Shown piece by piece: positions 1 through 13,456 of a stretch of DNA of 64,000 bases. Location: the NCBI GenBank assembly GCA_051294375.1, contig CM119264.1:675611-739610 (forward strand). Direction: 5' to 3'. Within the stretch, counting starts at the first letter, position 1, and every line of letters starts with the position of its first letter. A model generated the notes under the pieces. The model was not told the origin of the DNA. It searched no databases and saw only the letters and a list, made by a program, of their open reading frames with translations. Source of the stretch: Paraspadella gotoi (lineage: Eukaryota; Animalia; Chaetognatha). Position numbers and translations under genes: made by a program.

Positions 1-52
1 CATAATTAAATAAATATTTAACTTTTTCTAAGCAATTTTTTACTTAAATTTT

Positions 53-572
53 TTAGAAAAATATAAGTAAAAGAAAAGAGAAATAGATAAGTAAAGTAAA
101 AGAGAAAAAGATAAGTAAAAGAAAAGAGAAAAAGAAAAGTAAAAGAAAAGAGAAAAAGATAAGTAAAAGAAAAGAGAAAAAGATAAGTAAAAGAAAATAG
201 AAAAAGAAAAGTAAAAGAAAAGAGAAAAAGAAAAGTAAAAGAAAAGAGAAAAAGATACGTAAAAGAAAAGAGAAAAAGATAAGAAAAGAAGAAGAGAAAA
301 AGGTAAGTAAAAGAAAAGAGAAAAAGAAAAGTAAAAGAAAAGAGAAAAAGATATGTAAAAGAAAAGAGAAAAAGATAAGAAAAGAAGAAGAGAAAAAGGT
401 AAGTAAAAGAAAAGAGAAAAAAAGTAAAAGAAAAGAGAAAAAGAAAAGAGAAAAAGAAAAGAAAGGAAGGACGCGGAAAAAGGAAAATCGCTGGGGAGAA
501 ATCAGAGAGGAAGAAGTTGGGACTAAAGGGAAACCGTGTAGAAAGACTAAAGCAAACAAATCAGTCAACAAT

Positions 573-631
<59 letters not shown>

Positions 632-1779
632 AGATAAAGAGGGAAGGATAGAGAGAGGGAGAGTGAGAGAGAAAGAGAGGGAGTTGAAGAGAGAAGGATT
701 TAAGAAAAAAGACACTAAGATAAGGGAGAAAGAGTGAGAGAGAGAGGAAGAGAGAGTGCGTTATTGAGGGAGAGAGAAAGAAATAGGGAGAGAAGGGAAC
801 AGAGAGAAGAGAGAGAGAAAAAAAAAAGAATGAGAGAGAAATTAGGGGGAAAATTGACCTTCAACTTGACACATAAAGCCCAAAATAAAGCCCAAAATAA
901 AGCCCAAGATAAAGCCCAAGATAGAGTGACCAAGATCATATGGAAAACTCCATGAAATTAGTTCAATACATATTGTTTTATTAACTTTATAAATTTGCTA
1001 AAGACTGAAAGCAATTTTGAAGCAAAAAAAAAGAAAGTTATGGGAAAATCATTTTTCAATCAATTCATTAAACCATTAGGCAACAATAAAAAGAGAGTGG
1101 GAGATGTCGAGAGAGAGAGAGATTGAAATATTGAAAGAGAAGGAGAGAGAGATTGAGAGATGCTAGAGATAGCACCATCCTTCTCTCTTTCAGATTATCT
1201 AGAGTTTCCCAGAATATCATTATAGGAAAATGGTGTTGGAGAGGGAGTGGAAAGGAGAGAGAGAGAGAGGAGAGAGAGAGAGGAGAGAGAGAGAGAAGAG
1301 AGAGAGAGAAGAGAGAGAGTTTTCCACGGATGGGTGAGAATCCGGTCACGCGGTGGGTGAAAATATTTTACAACCACAAATGTGGCCACTGAACCGAGAG
1401 AGGCAGCGGGGGAGGAAATGAAGGAAGGAAGAGAGAAAGGGGAAAAGGGAGAAGGGAGGAAAGAGATAAGAGGAATAGGGGAAGGAAAGGTGAAAAGAGA
1501 GAGAGGGGGAGAGGGAGAAGGTAGGAAAGAGATAAGAGGAGGAGGGGGAGGAAAGGTGGATATAGAGAGAGAGGAAGAGGGAGAAGGGAGGAAAGAGATA
1601 AGAGGAAGAGGGGGAGGAAAAGAGGAAAGAGAAGCGAAAAATTGAGATGAGCACTTGGGAAAGAATTGAATGCGAGTTAGAGGATATGATAGAGAGCGAG
1701 AGACAAAAATTAAGAGGAGACGATTAATTAAGCGGGGTAAAGTAAGAGAAGAGAGAGAGAGAGATAGAGAGAGGAGAGA

Positions 1780-1813
<34 letters not shown>

Positions 1814-2464
1814 AGAGAGAGAGAGAAGGTGGAAGAGAAGGTTAGGATGGACGAACACAAAGCAAAATTAAGGAGAAGAGAAAAAAATAAGAAACAAAAC
1901 AAAAAAAGGAAAAAAGAAAAGACAATTAGGAAAGAAAATCAAAAAAGAAAAGAAGAAAAAGAGAAAAGAAAAGCTGGAAAGAAAAGGAGGAAAGAAAATC
2001 AAAAAAGAAAAGAAGAAAAAGAGGAAAGAAAAGCTGGAAAGAAAAGGAGGAAAGAAAAGAAAAAAAGAAAAGGAGGAAAGAAAAGCAGGAAAGAAAGGGA
2101 AGAAAAAAAAGAAATAAGAAAAGAAGAAAAGGAGAAAACAAAAGGAGGAAATAAAAGGAAATAAGAAAAGAAGAAAAGGAGAAAAGAAAAGGAGGAAAGA
2201 AAAGGAAATAGGAAAAGAAGAAAAGGAGAAAAGAAAAGGAGATAAGAAAAGAGGAAAGAAAAGAAAAAAGTAAAAAAATTAAAAAAGAAGGAAAGAAAAT
2301 GAAAAAAGAAAACAATAAAATGAGGAAAAAAAATAAAAGAAAAAAAAAAGAATAAAAGGAGAAAAGAAGAGGAGAAAGAGGATGGAACCGATGGTGATGT
2401 TGATGTTTAAAGACGAAAATAGAAACGAGAAGATAAGAAAAATGAAATTGAAAAGAAAAAAATA

Positions 2465-2520
<56 letters not shown>
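53..2520. repeat. Polypurine low-complexity region (24-bp A/G minisatellite, (GA)n)
   Basis: GTAAAAGAAAAGAGAAAAAGATAA units at about 65-450 plus (GA)n runs. Representative of dozens of (GA/CT)n, (GAC)n, (GAT)n, (TAAA)n and (TTA)n tracts across the window. Confidence 0.9.
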
Positions 2521-2523
<3 letters not shown>

Positions 2524-2690
2524 TTAGTTATACGCTCAACCTTAGTCCGCTCGATCGGTCAGTCTGTCGACCTCGGTTGTCGTCGTCTCAGTCGGTCTCT
2601 GGCTTTCTCTTCAATCACAGTCAACTCATGATTATTTTTCCTGCAATCATTGCTATTTAAAAAAAAAACATAATTAGATATGATGAACAT

Positions 2691-3545
2691 TTTTTTTAGA
2701 CTCTATAATTCACTTTGTCGGTCCGTCGGTCCGCCCCCTCAATCTTGTTGAGCATTCACTTATATCATGTCAGAACATCGAATTATGATAAATTATGCAA
2801 AAAAATGATGTCCGTCCATCCGTCTATCTGTCCGTCCGTCCGTCCCATCTTAGCAAAAAACACCAATTACTCGTCATTGGATGGATGGATTGGAATAAAC
2901 ATTTGTGTGTGGGTAGGGAAGTGTGTGATTTAGCTGGATATGAAATTTCGATGGAATCGTCCGAGTGGAAATGAATTTAAATTGAAAAAAACAAAAATAT
3001 GTATTTCACTATTTGAACACCAATTACTCATGAGTGGATATGGCGATTGATCTGAAATTTTGTATGTGGGTAGGGAAATGTGTGATTATGTTGGAAATCA
3101 AGTTTCGATGGAATCGTCTGAGTGGAAATGAGTTTAAATGGAAAAAACAAAAAACCTTTTTCACTCATTGATTAAGCTTCATTTTCTTTTTATATTAAAT
3201 GTAAATGCAAGATGTATTAATTAATCAAATAATTAATCAGTTAATTAATTAGTTAGTCAATTAATCATTCAATTAATTATTCAATCAATCAATTTATTTA
3301 TCTATTAATTAATCAATTATTTCAATTAATCAATTAATTCAATCAATCAATCAAGTCAATCGTTATCGGCATTATTTTCATCGTCGTCATTGCTTTTGTC
3401 GTGGTTACTAACAAAAAGACCTAAAAACAAACATTTCGGATCAAATTAATTAATTGCTTAATTAAATAATTAACTTGAATTAATAAATTATTAATTAAAT
3501 AATTACCGATAATGATCGTGGGCAGATCCGATATTGTTTGTTCAG
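2691..3545 (+). mobile_element. HINE/DINE-1-like non-autonomous Helentron element
   Basis: Conserved block CATGTCAGAACATCGAATTATGATAAATTATG, (GTCC/GTCT)n microsatellite, two internal tandem units (CACCAATTACTC...TGTGGGTAGGGAA...TTTCGATGGAATCG) and a 3' sub-TIR GGGCAGATCCG. Same organisation recurs elsewhere in the window. Confidence 0.7.
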
Positions 3546-4750
3546 ATTTTTTTTAAATGAGCAACTGATAGGATAATACTTTTTGTGTGAGTAAATATAT
3601 TTTCTTTTCTCTTCTCTTTCATTATCTTTTTTTTCTTTTCTCTTTCACTATCTTCTTTTTTCTTTTCTCTTCTCTTTCATTATCTTCTTTTTTATTTTCT
3701 CTTCTCTTTTCTTTCTTTCTCTCTTCTTTTCTCTCTTTATTTCATTCTCTTCTCTTTTCTTTTTTCTCTCTTTCATTCTTTTTTCTTTCTTTTCTCTCTT
3801 TTTCATTATTTTCTTTTTTCTTTTCTCTTCTTTTTCATTATCTTGTTTTTTTTTCTCTTCTTTTTTCTTTCTTTCTCTGTTTTTTTTTCTCTCTTTTGTT
3901 CTTTTCTCTTTTCTTTTCTCTCTCTTTCATTATCTTTTTTTTTCTTTTCTTTTCTATTTTATCATCTTCTTTTTTCTTTTCTCTTCTCTTTTTTTTCTTC
4001 TTCTCATTCTCTTCTCTTTTCTTTTCTCTTTTCTTTTTTCTTATTCTTTTTTCTATTCTCTTTTCTTTTCTTCTCTTTTTTCTTTATTCTCTCCTCACCG
4101 CCCAGCGTATTCCAATCTCGCACGAAACGGATTTCCTCGTTAAAAGCGAATCTCGTAATCTCGACGTCCTTCTTCTCGCTGGAACGAGATTATGATTAGG
4201 GAAAAGAGGATCGGAAAAAAAGGAGGAAAAGAAAATTAAAGAAAAAAGAAATGAAAAAAGGAGTAAAGCAAAAGAAAAGGAAAGAAAAAGAGAGGAAAGC
4301 ATATAAGGAGAAAGAAAAAAGAAAGGAAAGAAAAAAGAAGGAAAGGAAAATAAAAGAAAAGAAAAATAGAGAAAAATAAAAAAGGAAAAAGTAAAATAAA
4401 AGGAAAGAAAAAAGGAGGAAAGAAAAAAAGGAGAAAAGGAAAAGAAAAGGAAAGAAAAAATGAGGAAAGCAAAAAAGGAGAAAGGAAAAGAAAAGGATAG
4501 GAAAAGAAGAGGAAAGAAAAAAGGAGGAAAGAAAATTAAAAAGAAAAAAAGGAGGAATAGAAATTAAAAAGAAAAGAAAAGAAAAGGAAAAAAAAGGAAA
4601 AAAAGGAAAAAATATAAAGAAAGAAAAAAGATAGAAAAAGAAAGAAAAAAGACACAAATGCTGTATAGAAAATAAAGAAATTGATAAAAGAGTAAAAATT
4701 AAAAAATAATAAAAATTAAAAAAAGAGAAAAACCGATCGTAACTGAAACG

Positions 4751-4835
4751 CGAATATTCATGCGGCTAACGACCCCCGCCAGAGGATGCAAATTAAAATC
4801 TCTCTCTCTCTCTGACTTCTCTTCTTCTCTCTCTC

Positions 4836-4908
<73 letters not shown>

Positions 4909-5004
4909 ATGCTAATAACAAACCTTCTCGATTTAATCGTTATTAATTAATTCCGTAAATATATATTTTTTTTAATTCCGCAGAAAAAAAAACAAGATGG
5001 CGGC
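4751..5004 (+). promoter_or_regulatory. Putative promoter/5' regulatory region of the IgSF gene
   Basis: CpG-containing complex sequence upstream of exon 1 with a GC-box-like CCCCGCC (4774-4780), octamer ATGCAAAT (4786-4793), a (CT)n tract and a perfect YY1 consensus CAAGATGGCGGC (4993-5004). Confidence 0.4.
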
Positions 5005-5176
5005 TGCCGAAGACGCATCTTTTTCTCACACAGCAAAAACTCTTTAACCTCGAAAAAAAGGGAAAAAAAAGGAAAAAATAAAAACAAAAATAAGGAAGAA
5101 AAAAAAACGATATTGGAATAAATAACCCGATAAATCCGACGTTTGCTAACAAGTGCGGCAAAGGGAAAAGACGACC

Positions 5177-5218
<42 letters not shown>

Positions 5219-5388
5219 CAACGGGAGTCAAGGCAGCGAAGATTCAACGTCGACACAGATTTCATTTTCTGCCTCGAAAAAAATAAAATCGAAAAATTTA
5301 AAAATAATAAAAAATTTTAGAAAAAATAAATAAAAGATAAAACTAACAAACAAAAAAAGATGCGATTTGTTCAGAAGATGACGACGGG

Positions 5389-5420
<32 letters not shown>

Positions 5421-5602
5421 AAGTGGAATTTTTGTTAAACGAGCGAGCGAACGAATCGAACGAACTAATGAATGAGACGAACGAAACGAACGAACTAATG
5501 AATGAGTCGAAGGAATATTTAAAATCCTCAACGTCGGTTTTGTCGGTTTTGTCGGCTTCATTGTCGGCTTCCTTGTCGGCGCCGACGAGTTTATTGTCGG
5601 TC

Positions 5603-6015
5603 ATGAAGTCGTCGTCCGATTGTAGGCTCACCTCTTCCTCCTCCTCCTCCTCCTCCTCCTCTTCCTCCCTCTCTCCTCTTCCCTCTCCTTCTCCATTTTC
5701 CTCCCCAACCATCTCTCCCTCTATCGGCACCGAAATTCTTTATCGTCATCGTCATCATCATCATCGTCGTCGTCGTCGTCGTCGTCTATTTTTTTCAAAG
5801 AATCTCTCTCTTCCGCCCTCTACCGTTCGAGATTCATCCGGTCGCCATCGCCGCAGCTGCCCTCCGCTGCTCTGCCGCCCTTACCTCGTCCTCCTCGCAG
5901 CCGCTCTCCTGCTGCAGCCGACGTCGTGGAGGGAGGATTGTTCCTCCTCCCCCTGCGCCTCTTTTGTGGGCGTGGCCTTGGCGCAAGAGACGTCATCGGA
6001 ATCCACGACGCCAGG
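5603..6015 (+). CDS. IgSF cell-surface protein, exon 1 (signal-peptide exon; start codon uncertain)
   Basis: ORF 5360..6019 ends ...PYLVLLAAALLLQPTSWREDCSSSPCASFVGVALA|QETSSESTTPG. Donor GG|GTGAG at 6015/6016 is phase 2 and joins the exon at 17389 (GG+A=Gly). The nearest in-frame ATG is 5603; alternatives are ATG 5360/5378 or an acceptor tttttcaaag at 5800. Confidence 0.7.
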
Positions 6016-9000
6016 GTGAGATAGATGATTGTGATGTTGTTGAGGAAGAAAGAAAGGTAAGAAAGATGATGTTAATGGTGTTGAGGAGGATGATGTTTAT
6101 GTTGGTGAGGAAGATGACATTGATGTTGTTGAGGAGGATGATGTTGATGTTGTTGAGGAGGAAGATGTTGAGGTTTTTGAGGAAGATAATGTTGATGTTG
6201 TTGAGAAAGAGATTGATGTTGTTAAGGAAGATGATATTGATGTTATTGAGAAAGCTAACGCACTTTGTTTATAAAAATCATCCTTTCATTTAAAAAAAGT
6301 TGATTTTTAATTTTTGTGCCTTAAATATTTTATATATTTTATATAATTAAAAATATGTATGGAAGTATTGCTTAAAAAAAATGTTGTTTTTTCTAAATCT
6401 AAAGCTGGTTCTTTTTTCAGATTTAAAACTCTGAAATAATGAGAGCGAGACATCGAGAGAAAAAGAGTGAAACTGAGGGAGAAACTTCCTTACCTGCCAA
6501 AGAGACAATTTCAGATTCAAAAAAAAAAAAAAAAAAAGAAAAAAAAGAAGAAAATCGAATGAAGGAAAAGAAAACTGAAATTTATTTGTTTTTTCTTTCC
6601 ATTTTGTGTGCGAGGAAACCGAATTTTGGCCTTATTTTCCGAGAACGCCCCATTTTGTATCAATAATAAAATTAATAGAATATATTTAGTGAAAATAAAT
6701 CGTTGTTGTCACAAATTCAAATTTAGTTTTTAAGTTAATTATTAAAGTTAATAGTAAATTTTTGATTAAACTAAAGGAAATGCGGCATTCTTAAAAAAGA
6801 GAGCCCAATGTTGTCTGTGTGGAGAGAGCTAATTCTGTGTGTGGAAGGAATTTCTTAGAATTCGGGGACGAAAATCGCGTTGAGAAGGAGAAACTCGATT
6901 CAGGAGGCAATAAATTGAATCTTTTCTTTTCTTTTCTTTTCTTTTCTTTTCTTTTCTTTTCTTTTCTTTATTTTTCTTTTTTTTCTTTTCTTTTCTTTTC
7001 TTTTCTTTTTTTCCTTTTCTTTTTTTTCTTTTCTTTTCTTCTTCTCTTCTATTTCTTTTCTTTTCTTTTCTTTTCTTTTCTTTATTTTTCTTTTCTTTTC
7101 TTTTCTTTTCTTTTCTTTTCTTTTCTTTTCTTTTCTTTTCTTTATTTTTCTTTTTTTTCTTTTCTTTTCTTTTCTTTTTTTTCTTTTCTTTTTTTCTTTT
7201 CTTTTCTTTTTCTTTTCTATTTCTTTTCTTTTCTTTTCTTTATTTTTCTTTTTTTTCTTTTCCTTTCTTTTCCTTTATTTTCTTTTCTTTTATTTTCTTT
7301 TCTTTTTTTTTCTTTTCNNNNNNNNNNNNNNNNNNNNNNNNNAAGAGAGAGATTTTAAAAAGAAAGGAAAGAAGAGAAAAAAAGGAGAGGAAAGGAGAGG
7401 AGGGAAAGGAAAGGATTGACAAGAAAAAGAAAGGAGGTGAAGAGATGAAATGGAAAGGAAAAATAAAGGAAAGGAGAGATTGGAAAAGGACGCAATGAAA
7501 AGAAAAGAAAAAGAAAAGAAAGAAAAGAAAAAAGAAAGAAAAGAAAAGAAAAGAAAAGAAAGAAAGAAAGAAACGAAAAAAGAAAAGAAAAGAAGAAAAG
7601 AAGAAAATGTTAAAAAGGTAAGATCACCGATCAAAACAACGAAAAGAGAGTAAAAGAGAGAGGAGAGAAACGAAGCAAAAACATACATTTAGTAAGAACA
7701 TTGCGGTGCCTTTTTTAAAAAAAAATAAGATAAAGACAAAAAAAATGAAAAGTAAATAACAAAAAACTAAAAACAAGGCGGTTGCGCCGCAGTGACCTTA
7801 TTTTTCACATGATGATATGACATGAACATGAAACATGACATGGACTAAAAAAACTTTCTTAACGGCCCATGTATTTATGACAACACACTGCATCGAAATA
7901 TCCGTTTTTATACTTAAAGTTTTAGGCATTTCCTGCAGGCGGCGCCTAAGCAGTCACTTTGATTTGAGGTTTTTTCTTGTCTTACAAATGCAGCCAATTA
8001 CAGGCGAATTATACTTAGACCCGACGGAGAGACTTACCGACCGGACAGACGCAACCGACCGAAGCCCGACAGAACAGACCGAACGCAAAAGTAACTTATA
8101 GAGTTGGCAACCTAAAAGGGCAAAAAAATCTTGAGAGAAAATCCAAATTTTCCTTTTTTTTGGGGGGGAATTCTTTTCGCGCTGTTCCTTGTTGAAAATC
8201 AAACTGTTGACGGAGAGAAACGCAGCGGTCCGATCCCCTCTAGCGGCCAAAAAACAGAGAGTCGAAAGCCAATGAAAGACACAAAGCGATGGGATTTTAC
8301 TTAATCCATTTCCATGCAAGCTCAATAAGGCACTTTGTGGTCGTCGGTCGCTCGGTATGTCCTGTCTGTTCCATCGGTAATGGTCCGACTTACGTTAAAA
8401 TGCTCATAACTCGGGAAAAAAAATACTTCATAGATTTTGTTCATTTTTGGAAAGGAAGGTAAGGTACCATAAGACCTTTAACGTGAAAATTGGCTCTATA
8501 TTTTATATTTTTCCGATACTTATTTAGTCATTTTTATACGCGCGCATTGTATTGCATAGCAATAACAACTATAAATGTATTTTATCTTTCAAAGTGTCGT
8601 TAAATTACCTGATTTTAAGCTTTTCATATCAACTATCCAAAAATTAAACCTATTTTAATTTTTTCTCAGGTTAATAAAAACAAAAATTTTAAGAAGATTA
8701 ATAACGAATATGCATTAAATTATGCAAAATACTTTAAATGTATTTTTTACTTTTTGAACGCTTTATATGCATTAATAAATCTTAACCATAATAATTTTCC
8801 TGATAAAAGTAAGTTTTAATAAAATTCAAACCATAACAGTAACTTAAACCAAATCTTACCTAATTATTTGAAATTTTTTTAACGCAAAATACCATTTACA
8901 CCTTTTGCAGAATGCTTTATTCTATAACAAATAAATACTTTAAAAAATACTTTTTACTTTTAATAATATTAGATTAAGATTTAAAATAAGTTTACAATAA

Positions 9001-10132
9001 AGAAGAAAAACAAGAGAAAACCGAAGCAGTTGCCCTTGCTGCAATCAAAAAAAACTTAATATGAACGAGTTTCAAAACAATTAATATATCGTCTAGAGAT
9101 AAGGTAAGAAGGACTATAACGAATATTTATATAGATTTTAATTATCATTAGAGCTTTAGAGTAATATTTTTTTAATTTTTGTGTCCGATATAGGCTCCCA
9201 CGCCCTGGAGTAGTTGTTGATGGTTAAGAGTGATTGTTAAAATTCTAAAAAGTTCATCATTTTCGGTTTTAAATCCCTTCACTTTTATCAAAATAAACCG
9301 TAATCTCTTACCCTATACCTAACCACTAACCCCTAACCATCACCCTAACACTAATCCTCTAATGAATTAACCAAATGTACTTTCAAGAAAAACGTTTATT
9401 CAAAAATAACAATTTTCTTATAAACATAACAATTTTTCGGTCAATGTTTTTTTCTGAAATAAAACAAATTCTTCCAAATAATTTTCTTTATTTTGAATTT
9501 TCTCTCTTTTGATTTATTGTCGAATTATTCTTTCTCTCTCTCTCCTTCGTCTCATCTCTCTCTCTATCTCTCTCTCTCTTCGTCTCTCTCTGCTCTCTCT
9601 TTTTTACTGTCTCCCTCTCAATCTTCTTTCTTATTAAAATCAATCTCCAAAAAGATTCCAACGTCGAGCCAAAAGTTATATCATCGATTGAGAATTTAGA
9701 ATTTGATAACATTTGGCGAAAACTTTGAAGTTGGAATTTTTCGTTTTTGTTTTGTTTACTGTGGTTTCTCTTTATTTACCTTTTGTTTGCTCTCTGTTGT
9801 TTTCTTTTATTTCTCTTTTTGTTTTCCTCTGTTGTTTTACTTTTAGTTCTCTTTTGTTTTTCTATGTTGTTTTCTTTTAATTTCCTTTTGGTTTCTCTCT
9901 GTTTCTTCTTTCTCGCTGAGCGCCGACTGGTCAATGCCCTTGGCCTGTTTGTTATCTCATCGAATTTTCCTGGATCTCTCTCTCTCTCTTCCCTCTTTCC
10001 TCCTCCTTCGTCTCTCTTCCCTCTCTCTGTAGGAGTCCCCGACCTCGAAATGCGGGAAAGGATTATGTCAAGCGTCCTTTGGTTGGAGTCTCGCGTAAAC
10101 ATTCGCCAAAACATCAATTTTGTCAAAGGAAA

Positions 10133-10172
<40 letters not shown>

Positions 10173-11334
10173 TTCATTCCCTTTCTCCCTTCTCGTCTAT
10201 CCCTCTCTCTCTTTATTCTCTCTTCGGTTTTTCTCTCTGTCTCTGCAACGGCCGTTTTTCTAAATTTTGAATAATTTACTAATAGTGATGAAAAGAATCT
10301 TCTAATTGATATAGAAATAGATTGATCAAATCTTTTTATTGAGACTAGTTAATAAATATTCTTTCAATCATCATATTAAAATGATATCCACTTTAAAAAT
10401 TTAATATCTTAAGAATAATGAATTCTTAGAAATTTCAATATTTCTTATCCGTACTCACGACAATAACAGGTTGCATAAATTTTCTTTTTTATTGATTTGT
10501 AAATTTAATTGTCGAGATTCTTGGTTGTTACTTTTAAGAATCGTAATTGTTCTAAAGTACCTATGACAGTATTAAAAGTGCTCTCCTATTTCGCTATGAA
10601 TTGTAACCAAAAGTATGAGTGCGTATAAATAAGTATTACCAAAGATTGTGACATCGGAGCTTAATGATATTATTTAGCTAAAGTCATTTATAAAGTCTTT
10701 TTGATCTTGAAAAGTCTCTTAGCTTTAATGTCCGTGATAATGTATTTCGTTCAACAATTTGTCTTCACTCTCAGTAATCGTTGAGGTCTACTAAATTTAA
10801 ATATTCTAAATTAATCTCTTACATCATAAATACAATAAGAGTCAGATAAACAATGTCGTAGTCAGAACGGTAAAATCTCAATCTTTTTCTATTGAATTAT
10901 ATTAACGATGAAAAACTGTTAATTGATAAACGGGCGAATTTATATAATAAAAAATATTAATATTAATAAAAACATTATAATGATTAATAAAAAACCATAT
11001 CGGGGGGAAAAGTTTCGTTTTAAAATTTCATTAACTCGGTTCAAATTCACTTCAGAAAAAAAAAAGACTTTTAGCTCTGAGACCAGATATACTATAAAAT
11101 AAATTATCTTCAATATTTGATTCCTAATTAATTCCGATTTGATTTCGATTCAGTTTTCTGATTCCGATTTCCACCTTCGATAAGATAAATGAATAATAAT
11201 CGTTACCGTATTGAGTGAAAGAAAATATAGACTTCAATGAACCTGGAGAGTTCACATCAAAAACAAAAACAAAAACAAAAAAGGAAAAGGCAAAAACGTG
11301 GCTCGGTGAAACCGAGGTCCAAAAGTGTGGACAT

Positions 11335-11745
11335 GGAGGAAAGTGTGATTACAAAGATGGGAAGGCAGAGGATCATCGCAATGGAATCAGAACCCAAAAT
11401 GGAATCGATCCGCGACTCGGGGAGAATCCGCCGAATTCGAATCGCTCTATCTATATGGACGAAACCACAAGTGAATCGGCCAATCACAAGATGGGCTTCA
11501 TGCCATCGGGAAACCAGACCCGTGTCGATATCCTATTGTCTGTATAATATTTACCATACTGTTGTATAAATACCTGCTGTTTGTAATAAATACCTACTGA
11601 TTTCATCTCTGCCTCAAATTCTAACACCGTCTTTGCTTGTGCTTACTGAAGAATTTAAACCAACTTTCATGTTAAATCTCTTATTCTGTACTTTATGTGT
11701 GTCAATCGGTGGGATTCGAACCCACGACTCCACAGAGGCTTGATG
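11335..11745 (+). mobile_element. Noisy mirror image of copy A inside the inverted duplication
   Basis: Reverse complement of 13052-13456 with scattered indels; not an independent insertion. Confidence 0.6.
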
Positions 11746-12445
11746 TGATACTTTGTTACTATAATACTATGTTACTATGTTACAAAGACGGAAAGGTATA
11801 GTTTATGGGACGGAATTTCGATAAACGTGACTACTTTAGTATGAACATATGCACAATATAATGTACAACAAGCATCCTATTGTTCATAACTTATTTTTAA
11901 AAATAAACCGAAAAAAAATGTATTAAGAAGTATTGATATTCTAAAAAAAACAAGATTGGTCTTATCCAAAGTGTTGCGCCTCAGTGACTTTCTCTCACTG
12001 TGTAATTTCACATAAACTAAATGAACTATGAAAATGTATGTATAATAAACGACTTATGGATGATCACTCTTCAGAAAAATTCATTTCAAAACAACTTGAC
12101 AGACAGACAGACCGAAAAAATTGACTTAAAGAAAAAGGAAGCGAAATAAAGGAATCGGGGCTTCGAAGCCCATTGGCCTTTCAAAAGATTGATCGGACAA
12201 CATTTATTTTCGGATTAAGACTCTCTCTCTCTCTCTCTCTTTCTCCTCTCTCATCGTCATCTCCTCCTTCTCTTCTGCTCTCTCTCGTATTACAAGAGCT
12301 ATCGTGGTGTTTTTTCTCCCTGCCAATTCGCTCGTTTTCTTCTCGATACATTTCGAGTTTGTCAAAGTGAATGGAAACTGGAACAAATTGAGATGATTAC
12401 ACGTGAGACAACGAATCGTTCCCGAGGCATACAAGCAGAGAAATG

Positions 12446-12484
<39 letters not shown>

Positions 12485-12549
12485 ATCTCTCTCTCTCTCT
12501 CTCTCTCTCTCTGCTCTGCTTTTTCTCGTCACTCCTCTCTATCCATAAT

Positions 12550-12589
<40 letters not shown>

Positions 12590-13051
12590 TTAATCCGAAA
12601 TAAATGTGTCCGATCAATCTTTTGAAAGGCCAATGGCTTCGAAGCCCCGATTCCTTTATTCGCTTTCCTTTTTTCTTTAAGTCAATTTTTCGGTCTGTCT
12701 GTCTGTCAGTTGTTTGAAATGAATTTTTCTGAAGAGTGATCATCCATAAGTCGTTTATTATACATACATTTCATAGTCATTTAGTTATGTGAAATACACG
12801 TGAGAGAAAGTCACTGAGGCGCAACACTTTGGATAGACCAATCTTGTTTTTTTTAGAATATCAATACTTCTTAATACAGTTTTTTTTCGGTTTATTTTTA
12901 AAAAAATAGTTATGAACAATAGGATGCTTGTTGTACATATATTGTGCATATGTTTCATACTAAAGTAGTCACGTTATCGAAATTCCGTCCATAAACTTAT
13001 CCTTTCCGTCTTTGTATCATAGTAACATAGTATTATAGTAACAAAGTATCA

Positions 13052-13456
13052 CATCAGCCTCTGTGGAGTCGTGGGTTCGAATCCCACCGATGACACCACA
13101 ATAAAGTAAGTAGAAAGAGATTTTAACATGAAAGTGGATTTTATTCTCAGTAAGGCACAAGCAAAGACGGTGTCAGAATTTGAGGCAGAATGAATCAGTA
13201 GGTATTTATACAACAGCAGGTATTTATACAACAGTAGGTATTTATACAGAGCAATAGGATCATCGACACGGGCTGGTTTTCCCGATGGCATGAAGCCCAT
13301 CTTGTGATTGGCCGATTCACTTGGTGGTTCGTCCAATGAGAGAGCGAATTCGAATTCCGGCGGATTCTCCCCGAGTCGCGGATCCGATTCCATTTTGGGT
13401 TCTGATTCCATTTGCGATGATCCTCTGCTTCCCATCTTTGTATCACACTTTCCTCC
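13052..13456 (-). mobile_element. LTR-like element ending in antisense 3' half of mature tRNA-Leu (copy A)
   Basis: Minus strand order: PPT-like GGAGGAAAG (13456-13448), TGTGATA start (13447), CCAAT motifs, three GTATAAATA in a 19-bp tandem, AATAAA (13145-13140), then TG-TGGTGTCATCGGTGGGATTCGAACCCACGACTCCACAGAGGCTG. Confidence 0.7.

Noticed and set aside
53-4657. Long ORFs rich in F/L/S or E/R/K (and similar ones throughout the window)
   Set aside because: They are translations of (CT/GA)n and (CTTTT)n tracts that lack stop codons by composition; no domain signal.
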